A stretch of 64,000 bases of DNA from a virus: positions 5,081 to 69,080 of the IMG/VR virus record IMGVR_UViG_3300009506_000021; one strand, given 5' to 3'. Numbering within the stretch: the stretch's first letter is position 1; each line of letters opens with the position of its first letter. A program made the translations under genes and the position numbers. Of the stretch, positions 38,842-48,390 are shown piece by piece. The notes under the pieces are model-generated. The model was not told where the DNA came from and did no database searches. It saw nothing but the letters and a program-made list of their open reading frames with translations.

Positions 38842-39975
38842 ATGCTAAAAGACCTCATTCAGGAAATGGCTGCTGGTGGTGCAGCTGGTGTCACATCTGC
38901 TGGCGCTATCGCAGGATTTCGTGAACCCATCGGTTCGAAGACAGCTAAAAAGGGCAAGAAAAAGAAGAAGATGCAGCGACGCAACACTGGTTTTCTTGGT
39001 TTTCATTTTGTTGGCGAAGGTGCTGGTTTCGGTCGTTTTCTCCAAGAAGCTGAGGATAGCGACTTTGATCGCTCCGATGTTATCGCAAAACTAAAGTCCG
39101 CTGCCAAGTCCGCTGAGGAAAAGGGTGAAGATAGTGCTGGTTTCGCTCTCGAAGACGAGAATGGCTCTATGGTCAAGGTGTGGGTTCCCGAAGACCAAGC
39201 TGACAGTTTTGCACAGGCTCTACAGACTGCGTTGGCTGGTGCTGATGAAGATGAAGACGATCAGAACGACTCCATCGAGATCGCAGAAGTTCTTTGGAAG
39301 CTGAGAAAGCAGTACGACATCGTTAACGTTGAGTGGGGCGATATTCCAGAAGACCAAGAAGAAGTTGTTGACACCGAAGCTGGTGCAGCTGCTCCTATGG
39401 ATGCAGCAGGGGGTGAGACTGAGGCTGCTCCTGGTGGTGCTGAAGGTGTTGTTGACACTGGTGAAGAAGGCGGTGATATGACGGCCGAACCAGGTGAGGC
39501 TGCTGACCTTGGTGCTGAGCCTCCTGGTGAAGAAGCTGCTGCTTCTGCCCTAACACAGGTTATCGACATGATGAAGGCTGATGCGGAGGCACGTAAGGCT
39601 GAGGCTGAGGCACGTGCCGCTGAAGCTGCTTCTCGTACGGCTGCTGAAAAGGTCAAGCAGGAGGAAGAAGTGCTTGACATGGAAGCATACTACGATGACA
39701 AGAAGGAAGCCGAGAAGGAAGCCAAACAGATTGCCAAGCTAGCCAAATACAAGCATGATTTGGCTGCTGATGAAGGTGAAGGTCTAAGCTCTGAAGCTCC
39801 ACCACCTGAGGCTGAATCTGAACCAAACATGGGTTTGGAGCCAGGACCAGAAGAAGCGGAGCCTGAGATGGAGGAAGTTCCTCGTCCACGCGCCGACCGT
39901 GCATATCACTCTGGTACTACCATTTCCAAGGGTGAACTAATGAATATGTTGCTAATGGCACTAAGGCGTCAGTAA
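38842..39975 (+). CDS. acidic Ala/Glu-rich protein, putative prohead core/scaffold component
   Basis: low-complexity acidic linkers and coiled coil; behind TATAAATA (38787-38794). Confidence 0.55.
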   Translation: MLKDLIQEMAAGGAAGVTSAGAIAGFREPIGSKTAKKGKKKKKMQRRNTGFLGFHFVGEGAGFGRFLQEAEDSDFDRSDVIAKLKSAAKSAEEKGEDSAGFALEDENGSMVKVWVPEDQADSFAQALQTALAGADEDEDDQNDSIEIAEVLWKLRKQYDIVNVEWGDIPEDQEEVVDTEAGAAAPMDAAGGETEAAPGGAEGVVDTGEEGGDMTAEPGEAADLGAEPPGEEAAASALTQVIDMMKADAEARKAEAEARAAEAASRTAAEKVKQEEEVLDMEAYYDDKKEAEKEAKQIAKLAKYKHDLAADEGEGLSSEAPPPEAESEPNMGLEPGPEEAEPEMEEVPRPRADRAYHSGTTISKGELMNMLLMALRRQ

Positions 39976-40304
39976 TGCTTGGATCATTTAAAGAATATCT
40001 ACAGGAAGTAGAGCAAACGATCTCCTTTGATCCTGGGAAGGAAAGTCCAGAGGAGCTAGTTCGTCGTGCGAAGCAAACATACAGGATGTCTGCTAATCAA
40101 CCAGCACGTGCCATTCGTTCTCGCCAACAAGATATTGCGAGCCAAGAAAAAGCTATTAAGGCTCAACCAGATGATCCTTTGGCTGCCGACCGCTTGGCTA
40201 TCAAGAAGATGGAAGAACGTATTGCTCGCATGAAAATGGCTTTGTCGCGCAAAGAAGAAATGGCGCAAAAGAGACAAGCATCAGCAACCGCAGCAGGGGC
40301 ATAA
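39975..40304 (+). CDS. hypothetical protein, putative head-internal
   Basis: N-terminus SFKEYLQE; coiled coil. Confidence 0.6.
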   Translation: MLGSFKEYLQEVEQTISFDPGKESPEELVRRAKQTYRMSANQPARAIRSRQQDIASQEKAIKAQPDDPLAADRLAIKKMEERIARMKMALSRKEEMAQKRQASATAAGA

Positions 40305-40305
40305 T

Positions 40306-40638
40306 ATGAAACTGTTCGAAGTGATCTGTGAAGAATGTTGCGAAGAAGTTTACACTAACGAAGAGGGTGAAGTGCTTAGTGAAGCCGCTATTCGTCAGTT
40401 TAAAAGGGTGGGGACTGAATTAAAACGTCAATTCCGTTGCACTTCCGGACCAAAAAAAGGTAAGATAGTATCTACCCCACAAGCATGCGCAAAACGCAAG
40501 GACCCTAAGAAGCGCCGTCATGGAAAGAAAGTCAATCGCGCTCGTAAAGGGGTACGCGTAATGAAAACAAGAATTGCCAAAAAGCAACAAGGCTCCAAAC
40601 TTGTGACCCGCATGAATCGCAGGCTCGCAGGAAAATAA
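40306..40638 (+). CDS. basic protein, putative prohead core protein
   Basis: acidic N-terminus ending LSEA, then very K/R-rich region with RCTSGPKKGKIV....C. Confidence 0.55.
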   Translation: MKLFEVICEECCEEVYTNEEGEVLSEAAIRQFKRVGTELKRQFRCTSGPKKGKIVSTPQACAKRKDPKKRRHGKKVNRARKGVRVMKTRIAKKQQGSKLVTRMNRRLAGK

Positions 40639-40653
40639 ACCAGTAAATACTGC

Positions 40654-41325
40654 ATGTTTGTTCATTCCAACACTCCTGAAATTGAGGAGCTGACAGATAA
40701 AATCACCAACGGACAGCGTTGGTACACTACCCGCTCGGGAGTCAAATATCCTTCCGTCACTACTATTCTTGGTGCCAAGGAAAAGCCTTGGCTGAACGAA
40801 TGGCGAACCATGCTTGGACCCAAGAAAGCTGAGAAGGAAACCAAACGCTGTGCAGATCGAGGAACAGCTGTCCACAAAATGGCTGAAGACTATCTTAACA
40901 ACCTTGAGAACCCAGCAAAGGGACACGAACAGCCAAATGTCAAGCTGTTCAATCAGCTAAAGTTCCGTCTTAATAAGATCGACAACATTCGTGCACAGGA
41001 AGTACCACTATACAGCGACATCTTGAAGATTGCCGGTCGTGTTGACTGCGTTGGTGAATATGATGGTGTTCTTTCAATCATCGATTTCAAAACCTCGAAC
41101 AATAACAAAGATGAAAGCATGATTGAAGATTACTTCCTGCAGTGTACAGCGTATGCAATCATGTACGAAGAGCTGTATGGTGAGTTCATTGAGGACATCG
41201 TTGTATTGATTGCAGTTGAGAAAGGTATGATGCCTTTGGTATTCAAGCGCAAAATTGACGATTATGTCGTACCTTTAGTAGAACGCATAAATATGTTTTA
41301 CGAGAAGCAGAAAGGGAAGTCATGA
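40654..41325 (+). CDS. PD-(D/E)XK exonuclease
   Basis: YPSVTTIL, RGTAVH..AE.YL, AGRVDCV, IIDFKTS, YFLQ.TAYA. Confidence 0.9.
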   Translation: MFVHSNTPEIEELTDKITNGQRWYTTRSGVKYPSVTTILGAKEKPWLNEWRTMLGPKKAEKETKRCADRGTAVHKMAEDYLNNLENPAKGHEQPNVKLFNQLKFRLNKIDNIRAQEVPLYSDILKIAGRVDCVGEYDGVLSIIDFKTSNNNKDESMIEDYFLQCTAYAIMYEELYGEFIEDIVVLIAVEKGMMPLVFKRKIDDYVVPLVERINMFYEKQKGKS

Positions 41326-42287
41326 ACGAATTTGAGAACATTGATCATCTAAATCAAGTCTTTAGTGCAGGGCAGTTTTCCTTGCCTGAATCGATCGTCG
41401 TTTCGGGGCTTTCGTATCGCCTGCACAATTCTCTTTCCCACCCAATCCCCGATATGGTAAAACAGGGCAAAAAAGATTTCGTTATCTACTCTCTGGACCC
41501 TGCTTCCAAGCGCAGCGAAACTTGGCAATCATTATCACAGCAGCCCGTTGAACAGCGTCCTGTTAATGAGTGGATCGTTTTGATTTGGGCTATCGACCGA
41601 ACATTATCGATTCGTCCAGCCCGAGTTGCATCAACAACACCTGCTCGTGCCAAAACTGACATGGACACAGCCACAAACACACTCGGTGAAGCCGAAGGTG
41701 CAAATGTTATCCCCGATCATGTTGACATCAGATTCCTACAGTTCAACAGACAGGCTCCTGGTAAAGTTGATACGGGTGCAAATCTTTCTTCGTTGCATTG
41801 TGAAGAGTGGCGCGTTATTCCAGGTAAGAATATGGTGGAGTTCCGTTCGAGCCTACTTTCAGACAACACCATTCGAACGGAGCTTCACGACCAAGTTGCT
41901 ATTCAGACGTCCGAAGGCTCCGAGTACCGACCAGTTATTTCTCTCAACGTTGCAATCGCTGGTAAGCAGATGCAGAACTGCAAGTTCAACCTAAACGATC
42001 GCTCTCAAATGCAAGACAAAATTCTTGTTGGACAGAATATTCTCGAACAGGGTAAGTTCCTTGTTGATCCTAACAAGCAACATGATCGCTTTGAGAGTGT
42101 TGATTGGAACGCATTGCAAGAACAGTTTAAAGATATTTCAATCGTCGAAGAGTCGGTTGAAGATAAGCGACAGAAGACAGATGAACTGTATAAGCTGTTG
42201 CTCAATAGTGATGTTTCAATGGCAGACCTTGTTCGCCATATCAAAACTATTGCGTACGACACACTTGAAGAAACAGACACATACTAA
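41322..42287 (+). CDS. retropepsin-like (RimK-associated putative ATP-dependent zinc protease family) peptidase with N-terminal extension
   Basis: GKVDTGANLSSLH, RPVI, FNLNDRSQM...ILVG. Confidence 0.78.
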   Translation: MNEFENIDHLNQVFSAGQFSLPESIVVSGLSYRLHNSLSHPIPDMVKQGKKDFVIYSLDPASKRSETWQSLSQQPVEQRPVNEWIVLIWAIDRTLSIRPARVASTTPARAKTDMDTATNTLGEAEGANVIPDHVDIRFLQFNRQAPGKVDTGANLSSLHCEEWRVIPGKNMVEFRSSLLSDNTIRTELHDQVAIQTSEGSEYRPVISLNVAIAGKQMQNCKFNLNDRSQMQDKILVGQNILEQGKFLVDPNKQHDRFESVDWNALQEQFKDISIVEESVEDKRQKTDELYKLLLNSDVSMADLVRHIKTIAYDTLEETDTY

Positions 42288-42296
42288 GGAGCAGTA

Positions 42297-42917
42297 ATGG
42301 TAAAGTCTCCATTCTACGTGGTACAGAACTTTCTGTCGCCACTTCTTTGCGAACAGATCGCAGATGACCTGAACTTCATTTTCCCCGACAAAAATCCAGA
42401 TGGAACACCAATCAAATCGATGCGTTCCCACGAAAGATCCGAAGAGATAATCTTCCAGCATCTGCAGCGTCAAATCCCAAAGATTGAGGAACACTACAGC
42501 ATCGACTACAAAGGTACTACAACGATGATGTTTGAGTGGTATCCACAAGGATGTGAAGGTGAAAAACCTCACTGTGAAAACAGCGATTACTCAGGCAAGA
42601 CTTGGGTGCGTTGTCGGAATCGTGATCTAACTGGTATCGTTTTCTTCTGCGACTATCAAGACGAGATACCGTTTGACGGAGACTTCGAAGTGTATGGTGG
42701 CAAAGTTGAGTTTCCTCAGCACCGCTTTGGATTTAATCCCCAGCGTTGTACGTTGGTTATATTTCCAAGTGACCCCCACTTTGTAAACGGAACCACACCA
42801 ATACGAGCAGGTGACCTTTTACAGGTTCGTTTTCACATTGTGGCGAACGAGCCATTTTTATACGACCCTCAAGAGTTTCCAGGCGATTACACGAAGTGGT
42901 TTGAACAGCTTGTATAG
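42297..42917 (+). CDS. 2OG-Fe(II) oxygenase-like protein (divergent active site)
   Basis: VVQNFLSP..CE, HCE, R.LT.IVF, GGK.EFP, LVIFPS. Confidence 0.75.
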   Translation: MVKSPFYVVQNFLSPLLCEQIADDLNFIFPDKNPDGTPIKSMRSHERSEEIIFQHLQRQIPKIEEHYSIDYKGTTTMMFEWYPQGCEGEKPHCENSDYSGKTWVRCRNRDLTGIVFFCDYQDEIPFDGDFEVYGGKVEFPQHRFGFNPQRCTLVIFPSDPHFVNGTTPIRAGDLLQVRFHIVANEPFLYDPQEFPGDYTKWFEQLV

Positions 42918-42946
42918 TTGACTTTTCAACCGAAAGGTCGTATCAT
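42918..42946 (+). promoter_or_regulatory. sigma70-type promoter
   Basis: TTGACT-17-TATCAT, ATG 6 nt downstream. Confidence 0.7.
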
Positions 42947-42952
42947 TATACA

Positions 42953-43546
42953 ATGAGGTTCTCAACGATCGGCGTCATTTTTGCCATAATTTTTCTTGAC
43001 CTTTTCCTTGCATACAGGATGGGGTTCAACGTTGGTCGCTCACAAACACTTCCACTTCCGCCTGTTTATGAGCCTAGACCGTTCAATCGACACGAGTCCC
43101 CTCGTCCATTGCCAAAACGACAGTTTAGCGCTTCCTATACATTCTCTGAAAAGGACCAAAAGTGTCTTGCGCTGAACATTTATTGGGAAGCTCGTGACCA
43201 GGATCTGGAAGGCAAAATCGCGATAGGTTTGGTCACCTTACAGAGGGTACACTCTAAGTACTATCCGAATACCGTTTGTGGTGTCGTGTGGCAGAAGAAC
43301 AAAGACAAGAAGACTGGACGCTACGTTGCGCAGTTCTCTTGGACGCTTGACGGACGATCCGATAAACCCAAAAACCCGATTGCTTGGCAGCGAGCCAAAC
43401 TCATTGCGAGTTTCTTTGCAAGCAATCCACACTTAGAAGATTTGACAAAGGGTGCTTACCTGTATCATGCAGAGTACGTTAAGCCCTATTGGAAAAAGCA
43501 TTACCAGCTGACCGCAAAGATTGGTAATCACCTATTTTACAAATAA
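42953..43546 (+). CDS. SleB-like cell wall hydrolase (Hydrolase_2) with N-terminal TM anchor
   Basis: CLALNIYWEAR, YPNTVCGVVWQ, QFSW, YHAEYVKPYW, IGNHLFY. Confidence 0.92.
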   Translation: MRFSTIGVIFAIIFLDLFLAYRMGFNVGRSQTLPLPPVYEPRPFNRHESPRPLPKRQFSASYTFSEKDQKCLALNIYWEARDQDLEGKIAIGLVTLQRVHSKYYPNTVCGVVWQKNKDKKTGRYVAQFSWTLDGRSDKPKNPIAWQRAKLIASFFASNPHLEDLTKGAYLYHAEYVKPYWKKHYQLTAKIGNHLFYK

Positions 43547-43608
43547 CCCTTGCCTTCCTCAGGCAGACCCTGTAAAGTAGCACTACAACTATAATAAAGG
43601 AGAAAAGT

Positions 43609-43890
43609 ATGTCCCTACCTAGCAATCCAAATGATCGTCAGAAACTCAAGTTGGCTATTGGTGAAATCACCAAGTGTCTGCTTCGCATTGATAGCGAGCG
43701 CGAAGCAATGAAGGAAATCATCTCTGACGCCTCCACCAAATACGGTGTTGACAAGAAGATGATCCGCAAGATCGCCACAACCATGTACAAGCACAACTAC
43801 GCAGATGTTCAGGCTGAAAACGAAGAGTTTGAAACCCTGTACGAGACTCTTGTTGAAGGTCGTACCGACGAAGACGAGGCTGCTGCGTAA
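43609..43890 (+). CDS. T4 DsbA-like double-stranded DNA-binding protein
   Basis: EREAMKEI....KYGVDKKMIRKIA...YK.NY...E.LYE; AAGGAG RBS; TTGCCT-17-TAAAGT upstream. Confidence 0.7.
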   Translation: MSLPSNPNDRQKLKLAIGEITKCLLRIDSEREAMKEIISDASTKYGVDKKMIRKIATTMYKHNYADVQAENEEFETLYETLVEGRTDEDEAAA

Positions 43891-46442
43891 TGAGCTATAT
43901 CTCGGCTGCTCGCAAGGGCAACGATGTTGTAGTATGGGAACGTACGGAGGACGGTGAACGTGTGATGAACACTCACCGTGCTCCGTTCTATTTCTTTACG
44001 AAAGATCCCAAAGGCAAGTACGAAAGCATATATGGCGATAAGCTAACTCGCCATGACTTTTCGACAGGTGACGAGTTCAATGCCGCTCGCAGCGAGTGTC
44101 GCGGTATGGGCATGGAGATGTTTGAATCTGACTTGCCACCCGAACTCAAGTATCTGTCAGAAAAGTACTATCAGGTTCCTGCTCCATTGCTTCACATGAC
44201 ATTCCTCGATATCGAGGTTGATTATGACCCGAAGCTTGGATTCTCTAGCGTAGACAATCCTTACGCACCGATTAACTCAATCGCACTGTACCATCAGTGG
44301 GAACATCGCATGGTAATATATGCAGTGCCTCCTGAAGGTCAGAGTTGGACTGAAAAGAAACTCTACGACGAGATGAACGAGATTGAGGCGTTCCCCGAGG
44401 ACGTGGAGATTGAGGTTTATCTGTGCGAGAACGAAAAAGAGATTCTGTTAAGCATCTTGGGTGAGATTGAGGACTCTGATCTGGTCGCAGGTTGGAACAG
44501 CGACTTCTTTGATATTCCATACATTGCGAAGCGTCTTGAGAAGATGCTTGGCATGAAATACTTCGACATGCTTTCATTTCCTTTTGCGGGACGTCCAAAG
44601 TATCGCGAAGTTGAGATGTTTGGTAACATCAACACAACAATCGATTTACAGGGTCGCATCAGTTGCGACTATCTGGCTCTGTTCAAGAAATACGAAATGG
44701 CAGAGCGACCATCATATAAGTTGGAATCAATAGCAAACGAGATTCTCCCTGACCTTCCAAAGTTGGAGTACGAAGGTACTTTGGCTGGATTGTACAGAGA
44801 CAACTTTGCTTGGTTCTGTCGATACAACCTTCGTGATACGGAGGTTCTAAAGGGGTTCGAAGAGAAGCTTGGATACGTTGCTCTGGCGAATGAAATGTAT
44901 CACCTGTCTACGGGGTTGTGGAAACACGTCACTGGCACACTGAAACTGGCTGAGCTTGCCATCAACAACTACATCGTTCACGAGAAAGAATTGCGCTTTC
45001 CTGACATGGGTGATCCTGAGCAAGGTAGCATCGCTGGTGCATTTGTTCTCGAACCAAAGACAGGCATGCACAATTGGATTGGATCAATCGATATCAACTC
45101 ACTGTATCCCTCTGCTATTCGCTCCATCAATATCAGTCCTGAAACACTCGTAGGACAATTTGAGGACTGTGGTAAGGCAGCAGAGAATATTGCAAAGGGT
45201 ACAATGGTATCCTTGACGTTGACCTACGAAGATAGTTCAGAAGAAGAACACACAGCAGATCAGTGGCGGCAAATCCTGTGGGATCGTAAGTGGTCGATCA
45301 GTGGATTTGGTACTGTGTTCTCGCAGGAACGAAAAGGCATCATACCAGCGATCCTTGAAGACTGGTACGCAACACGTAAGAAGTATCAGGCGCTGAAGGC
45401 GAAAGCAGAAGATAAGGGCAAGAAGTCCTACTACGACCGTCTGCAGTATGTGTACAAGATCAAACTGAACAGCTTGTACGGTGCTCTCAATAACGCATAC
45501 TTTAGATATTCTGATTTGCGTATGGGCGAAAGCACAACTGGTACAGGTCGTGCAATCCTTCGACACCAATGTGCAAAGACAAACGAAGTGATGACTGGCG
45601 TGTACGATGCGGCTGGTGAGGCTGTGCTGTACGGTGATACAGACTCCACATACTTTGCTTTGTTTGCAGAGAATGAGGAAGAAGCAGTCCTAATCGCTGA
45701 CACTGCGGCTTCAAAGGTCAACGATTCGTTCCCTGAACTGATGCGTGAGACATTCTTGTGTCAGCCAGACTTTGAGAACCTTATCCAGTCTGGTCGAGAG
45801 ATCGTCGCTTCTCGTGGCATATTCGTTGAAAAGAAACGCTACATTCTTCGTGTCATCGACAACGAAGGTGAGAAGGTTGACAAGCTCAAGGTTATGGGGT
45901 TAGACACAAAGAAGACCACGATTCCACCTGCTGTTGGCAAGAAGCTGAACGAATACGTCGGTCGATTGCTGAAAGGCGAAGAGTGGGATGACATTGCTCG
46001 CGACATCGTTGACTTCAAGCACTACATTGAAACAACTGACGATGTGATGGCAATTGGACTTCCAAAAGGGGTTAACAAGGTCGAGGAGTACACAATTAAC
46101 CTCAACCGAGACGAGAACACTCGATTGCCTGGGCACGTTGCTGCTGCGATCCACTACAACAAGATGATCGAGAAGTACGAGGACAAAGCAAGTGGCTCAA
46201 TTACTTCTGGCATGAAAATCAAAGTCTTCTATCTGACGCAGAAGTATGGTAAGTTCAAGAGCATTGCACTTCCAACAGACCTGAACAGCGTTCCAGATTG
46301 GTTCCTGAATAACTTCACGATCAATCGTCAAATGCACATACAGCGACTTGTTGACAATCCCCTTGGCAACATTATCAAGGCTATTGGTAAAGACGTACCA
46401 ACAGCACAATCCCTCGTTGTGGATAACTTACTGGGCTTCTAA
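43890..46442 (+). CDS. family B DNA polymerase (gp43-like)
   Basis: Exo DIEV, GWNS..FDIPY, YN..D; Pol DINSLYPS, KIKLNSLYG, YGDTDS, KKRY. Confidence 0.97.
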   Translation: MSYISAARKGNDVVVWERTEDGERVMNTHRAPFYFFTKDPKGKYESIYGDKLTRHDFSTGDEFNAARSECRGMGMEMFESDLPPELKYLSEKYYQVPAPLLHMTFLDIEVDYDPKLGFSSVDNPYAPINSIALYHQWEHRMVIYAVPPEGQSWTEKKLYDEMNEIEAFPEDVEIEVYLCENEKEILLSILGEIEDSDLVAGWNSDFFDIPYIAKRLEKMLGMKYFDMLSFPFAGRPKYREVEMFGNINTTIDLQGRISCDYLALFKKYEMAERPSYKLESIANEILPDLPKLEYEGTLAGLYRDNFAWFCRYNLRDTEVLKGFEEKLGYVALANEMYHLSTGLWKHVTGTLKLAELAINNYIVHEKELRFPDMGDPEQGSIAGAFVLEPKTGMHNWIGSIDINSLYPSAIRSINISPETLVGQFEDCGKAAENIAKGTMVSLTLTYEDSSEEEHTADQWRQILWDRKWSISGFGTVFSQERKGIIPAILEDWYATRKKYQALKAKAEDKGKKSYYDRLQYVYKIKLNSLYGALNNAYFRYSDLRMGESTTGTGRAILRHQCAKTNEVMTGVYDAAGEAVLYGDTDSTYFALFAENEEEAVLIADTAASKVNDSFPELMRETFLCQPDFENLIQSGREIVASRGIFVEKKRYILRVIDNEGEKVDKLKVMGLDTKKTTIPPAVGKKLNEYVGRLLKGEEWDDIARDIVDFKHYIETTDDVMAIGLPKGVNKVEEYTINLNRDENTRLPGHVAAAIHYNKMIEKYEDKASGSITSGMKIKVFYLTQKYGKFKSIALPTDLNSVPDWFLNNFTINRQMHIQRLVDNPLGNIIKAIGKDVPTAQSLVVDNLLGF

Positions 46443-46660
46443 TGGTTGACGAATATCAAAAAGTGGCAGCGATCGTTTGTAACGACATGAAGGTTCTTGG
46501 AGCACTGACTGAACGCCAGGACGTTGATGAAGATTTCCTCCGAAAGAGCATTCTAATGATGGTCGAGAAAATGGAAGAGGCTATCAACGATCCTCGCATC
46601 AGGGACATGCGTTACAGTGCCATGTGTGCACTTGCATTGGTTGTACGAGATAAAGAATGA
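46442..46660 (+). CDS. hypothetical protein
   Basis: TAATG coupling with the polymerase. Confidence 0.6.
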   Translation: MVDEYQKVAAIVCNDMKVLGALTERQDVDEDFLRKSILMMVEKMEEAINDPRIRDMRYSAMCALALVVRDKE

Positions 46661-47070
46661 TCTACACATCCAACTACGCTCGCAAGGGTGCAGATGAAAA
46701 TGCATTTGGTATTAGCATTGCGGTTCCAAACTGGTTTGATGGTCGCAGGCTCTCTCAACTTGCGCCGACTTGGGAGTTAGTGTGTGGCATCCAACAGGGC
46801 GATATTGACAACGACACTTATAGAAGAAAATACATCGAACTTCTGGAAAGTCGGCGATCAAACAAGCTAAACCTTGACTATTTGCTCAGTTCCCTTCCTT
46901 CCCCCTCATATTTGCTGTGCTACGAAGCTCCTGGCGAATTTTGCCACAGACGTGTATTCGCTGAATGGGTCGAAGAAAAATGTGGGTTGGTTATTCCTGA
47001 ATGGAAGAACCCAAAAGAAGAGGAAGAAACCAAACAAAGGGAAGTGGTTGACAATCTATTTGATTTCTAG
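46657..47070 (+). CDS. DUF488-like protein
   Basis: IYTSNY, ISI..P.WF.G, LAP, LLCYE.PGEFCHR. Confidence 0.78.
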   Translation: MIYTSNYARKGADENAFGISIAVPNWFDGRRLSQLAPTWELVCGIQQGDIDNDTYRRKYIELLESRRSNKLNLDYLLSSLPSPSYLLCYEAPGEFCHRRVFAEWVEEKCGLVIPEWKNPKEEEETKQREVVDNLFDF

Positions 47071-47076
47071 TATAAT
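47048..47076 (+). promoter_or_regulatory. consensus sigma70 promoter
   Basis: TTGACA-17-TATAAT. Confidence 0.88.
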
Positions 47077-47106
47077 GAACACAAACAATAATAAGAGAGA
47101 ATAATA

Positions 47107-47814
47107 ATGAAATTATCTTCTGACACCCTAGCATTTATTCAGACCGTTGTTGAGACAGCACATCTTGTTGATATCGACAATGTTATTATCGATAGCGAGT
47201 CTCTTCGAGGACTTTCGGAAGGCAGCACTGTTGTTCTTCTCGAGAAGAACGTTCCCAACCTTGAGTTCGAGGCTATTGGCCTCAACCGCACGGATGTGTT
47301 CCAACAGAGGTTGAATGTCGTTCGCGAGCTTGACAATTTCACAGTCGATGCTGTCGTTGACGATGAGAAAGGGTTTGTTCGGTCCCTGACAATGAAAGCG
47401 AAGGGCACAAAGGTTGATTATCGATGTGCAAACCCAACAACAATTCGTGCTCCTCGTATACTTCACGACGAGATGCTTGCACGAGTTGTAGTGAACGCTG
47501 ATGCAGTTAGGATGCTGCAGAAGGGTGCTTCCGCCATGGGTTCTGACGCCGTCAGTTTTACCAGCGATGCTGATGGGGTTTCGTTTGCTTTGGTTGATCT
47601 CAACCAAGACACGTTTGAGCATGCATTTGCAGAGCATGCGGAGCCTCTGAAAGAGGGTACCCCCGCCAATTTTTCTCATAAGTACCCCGTAAAGACAGTG
47701 TTAGCACTGCTCAAACACTCCTCGAGTGATCTCACATTCTTCGAGGTTGGAGTGAAGGGAACGCTTCGAGTCAAGGTAAATGGATTGGGTGTATACGTAA
47801 TCCCAATGGTGTAA
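47107..47814 (+). CDS. probable DNA polymerase sliding clamp (gp45/PCNA-like)
   Basis: MKLS.DTL start like gp45, 235 aa, alternating alpha/beta pattern, near the polymerase; remote similarity. Confidence 0.55.
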   Translation: MKLSSDTLAFIQTVVETAHLVDIDNVIIDSESLRGLSEGSTVVLLEKNVPNLEFEAIGLNRTDVFQQRLNVVRELDNFTVDAVVDDEKGFVRSLTMKAKGTKVDYRCANPTTIRAPRILHDEMLARVVVNADAVRMLQKGASAMGSDAVSFTSDADGVSFALVDLNQDTFEHAFAEHAEPLKEGTPANFSHKYPVKTVLALLKHSSSDLTFFEVGVKGTLRVKVNGLGVYVIPMV

Positions 47815-47815
47815 C

Positions 47816-48025
47816 ATGGCTACGGTTCGGTCAAAGTGCTCCGAAGACCCAACAAAGGATTGTCCGTACGAAATCTACATAACGGGTCCTGGTGTCGTGT
47901 CGTGCAACTCTGAAAGCATATTCAAATGTTGTAAAGGACAGCGACAACTAAAAGCACTAAAAGAGATACACGACCGTCTCGTTGAGGAAAGAAAATGTTC
48001 GGATTCAAAACCAAAAATCAAATAA
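47816..48025 (+). CDS. hypothetical protein
   Basis: 69 aa ORF in operon. Confidence 0.5.
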   Translation: MATVRSKCSEDPTKDCPYEIYITGPGVVSCNSESIFKCCKGQRQLKALKEIHDRLVEERKCSDSKPKIK

Positions 48026-48390
48026 AAAAGGAACTGCTCGAAGAGATTCGAGCAGAAGAAAAACAACGACGAGAAGAAATTCAGGCGGCTGAGAAACGTG
48101 CAAGGGATGAAGAGCGTGGTCGACGTGAAGCCGAAGAAAAGGCTCGCGAAGAAGAAGCTGCACTAATGAAAGCCTCCGAAGAACCTTGGGTTGATATCAA
48201 GGGAATCGTTGAGGACCCCGAGAAGGGTATCAAAATTGAGCTTGACTGGAACGACGCATTCGTTAAGTTCCTCCGCGAAAACGGATACACCGGTACCGAC
48301 GATGAAACCGTGATCCAACGATACGTCGCTGTACTTGCCAAGCAAGTTGCAGGTGACATGGCAGAAGATCAAATAAACGAACACGAATGA
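47995..48390 (+). CDS. hypothetical phage protein
   Basis: coiled coil then EPWV...ELDWNDAFV..L...GY.G. Confidence 0.75.
   Translation: MFGFKTKNQIKKELLEEIRAEEKQRREEIQAAEKRARDEERGRREAEEKAREEEAALMKASEEPWVDIKGIVEDPEKGIKIELDWNDAFVKFLRENGYTGTDDETVIQRYVAVLAKQVAGDMAEDQINEHE

Noticed and set aside
39360-39900. GCT/GAA-rich quasi-repeats
   Set aside because: Explained by the Ala/Glu/Gly low-complexity protein sequence; not a DNA repeat array.
40654-41325. Cas4 or CRISPR-associated nuclease
   Set aside because: No Fe-S Cys cluster, no other cas genes and no repeat-spacer array seen; it is an ordinary phage PD-(D/E)XK exonuclease.
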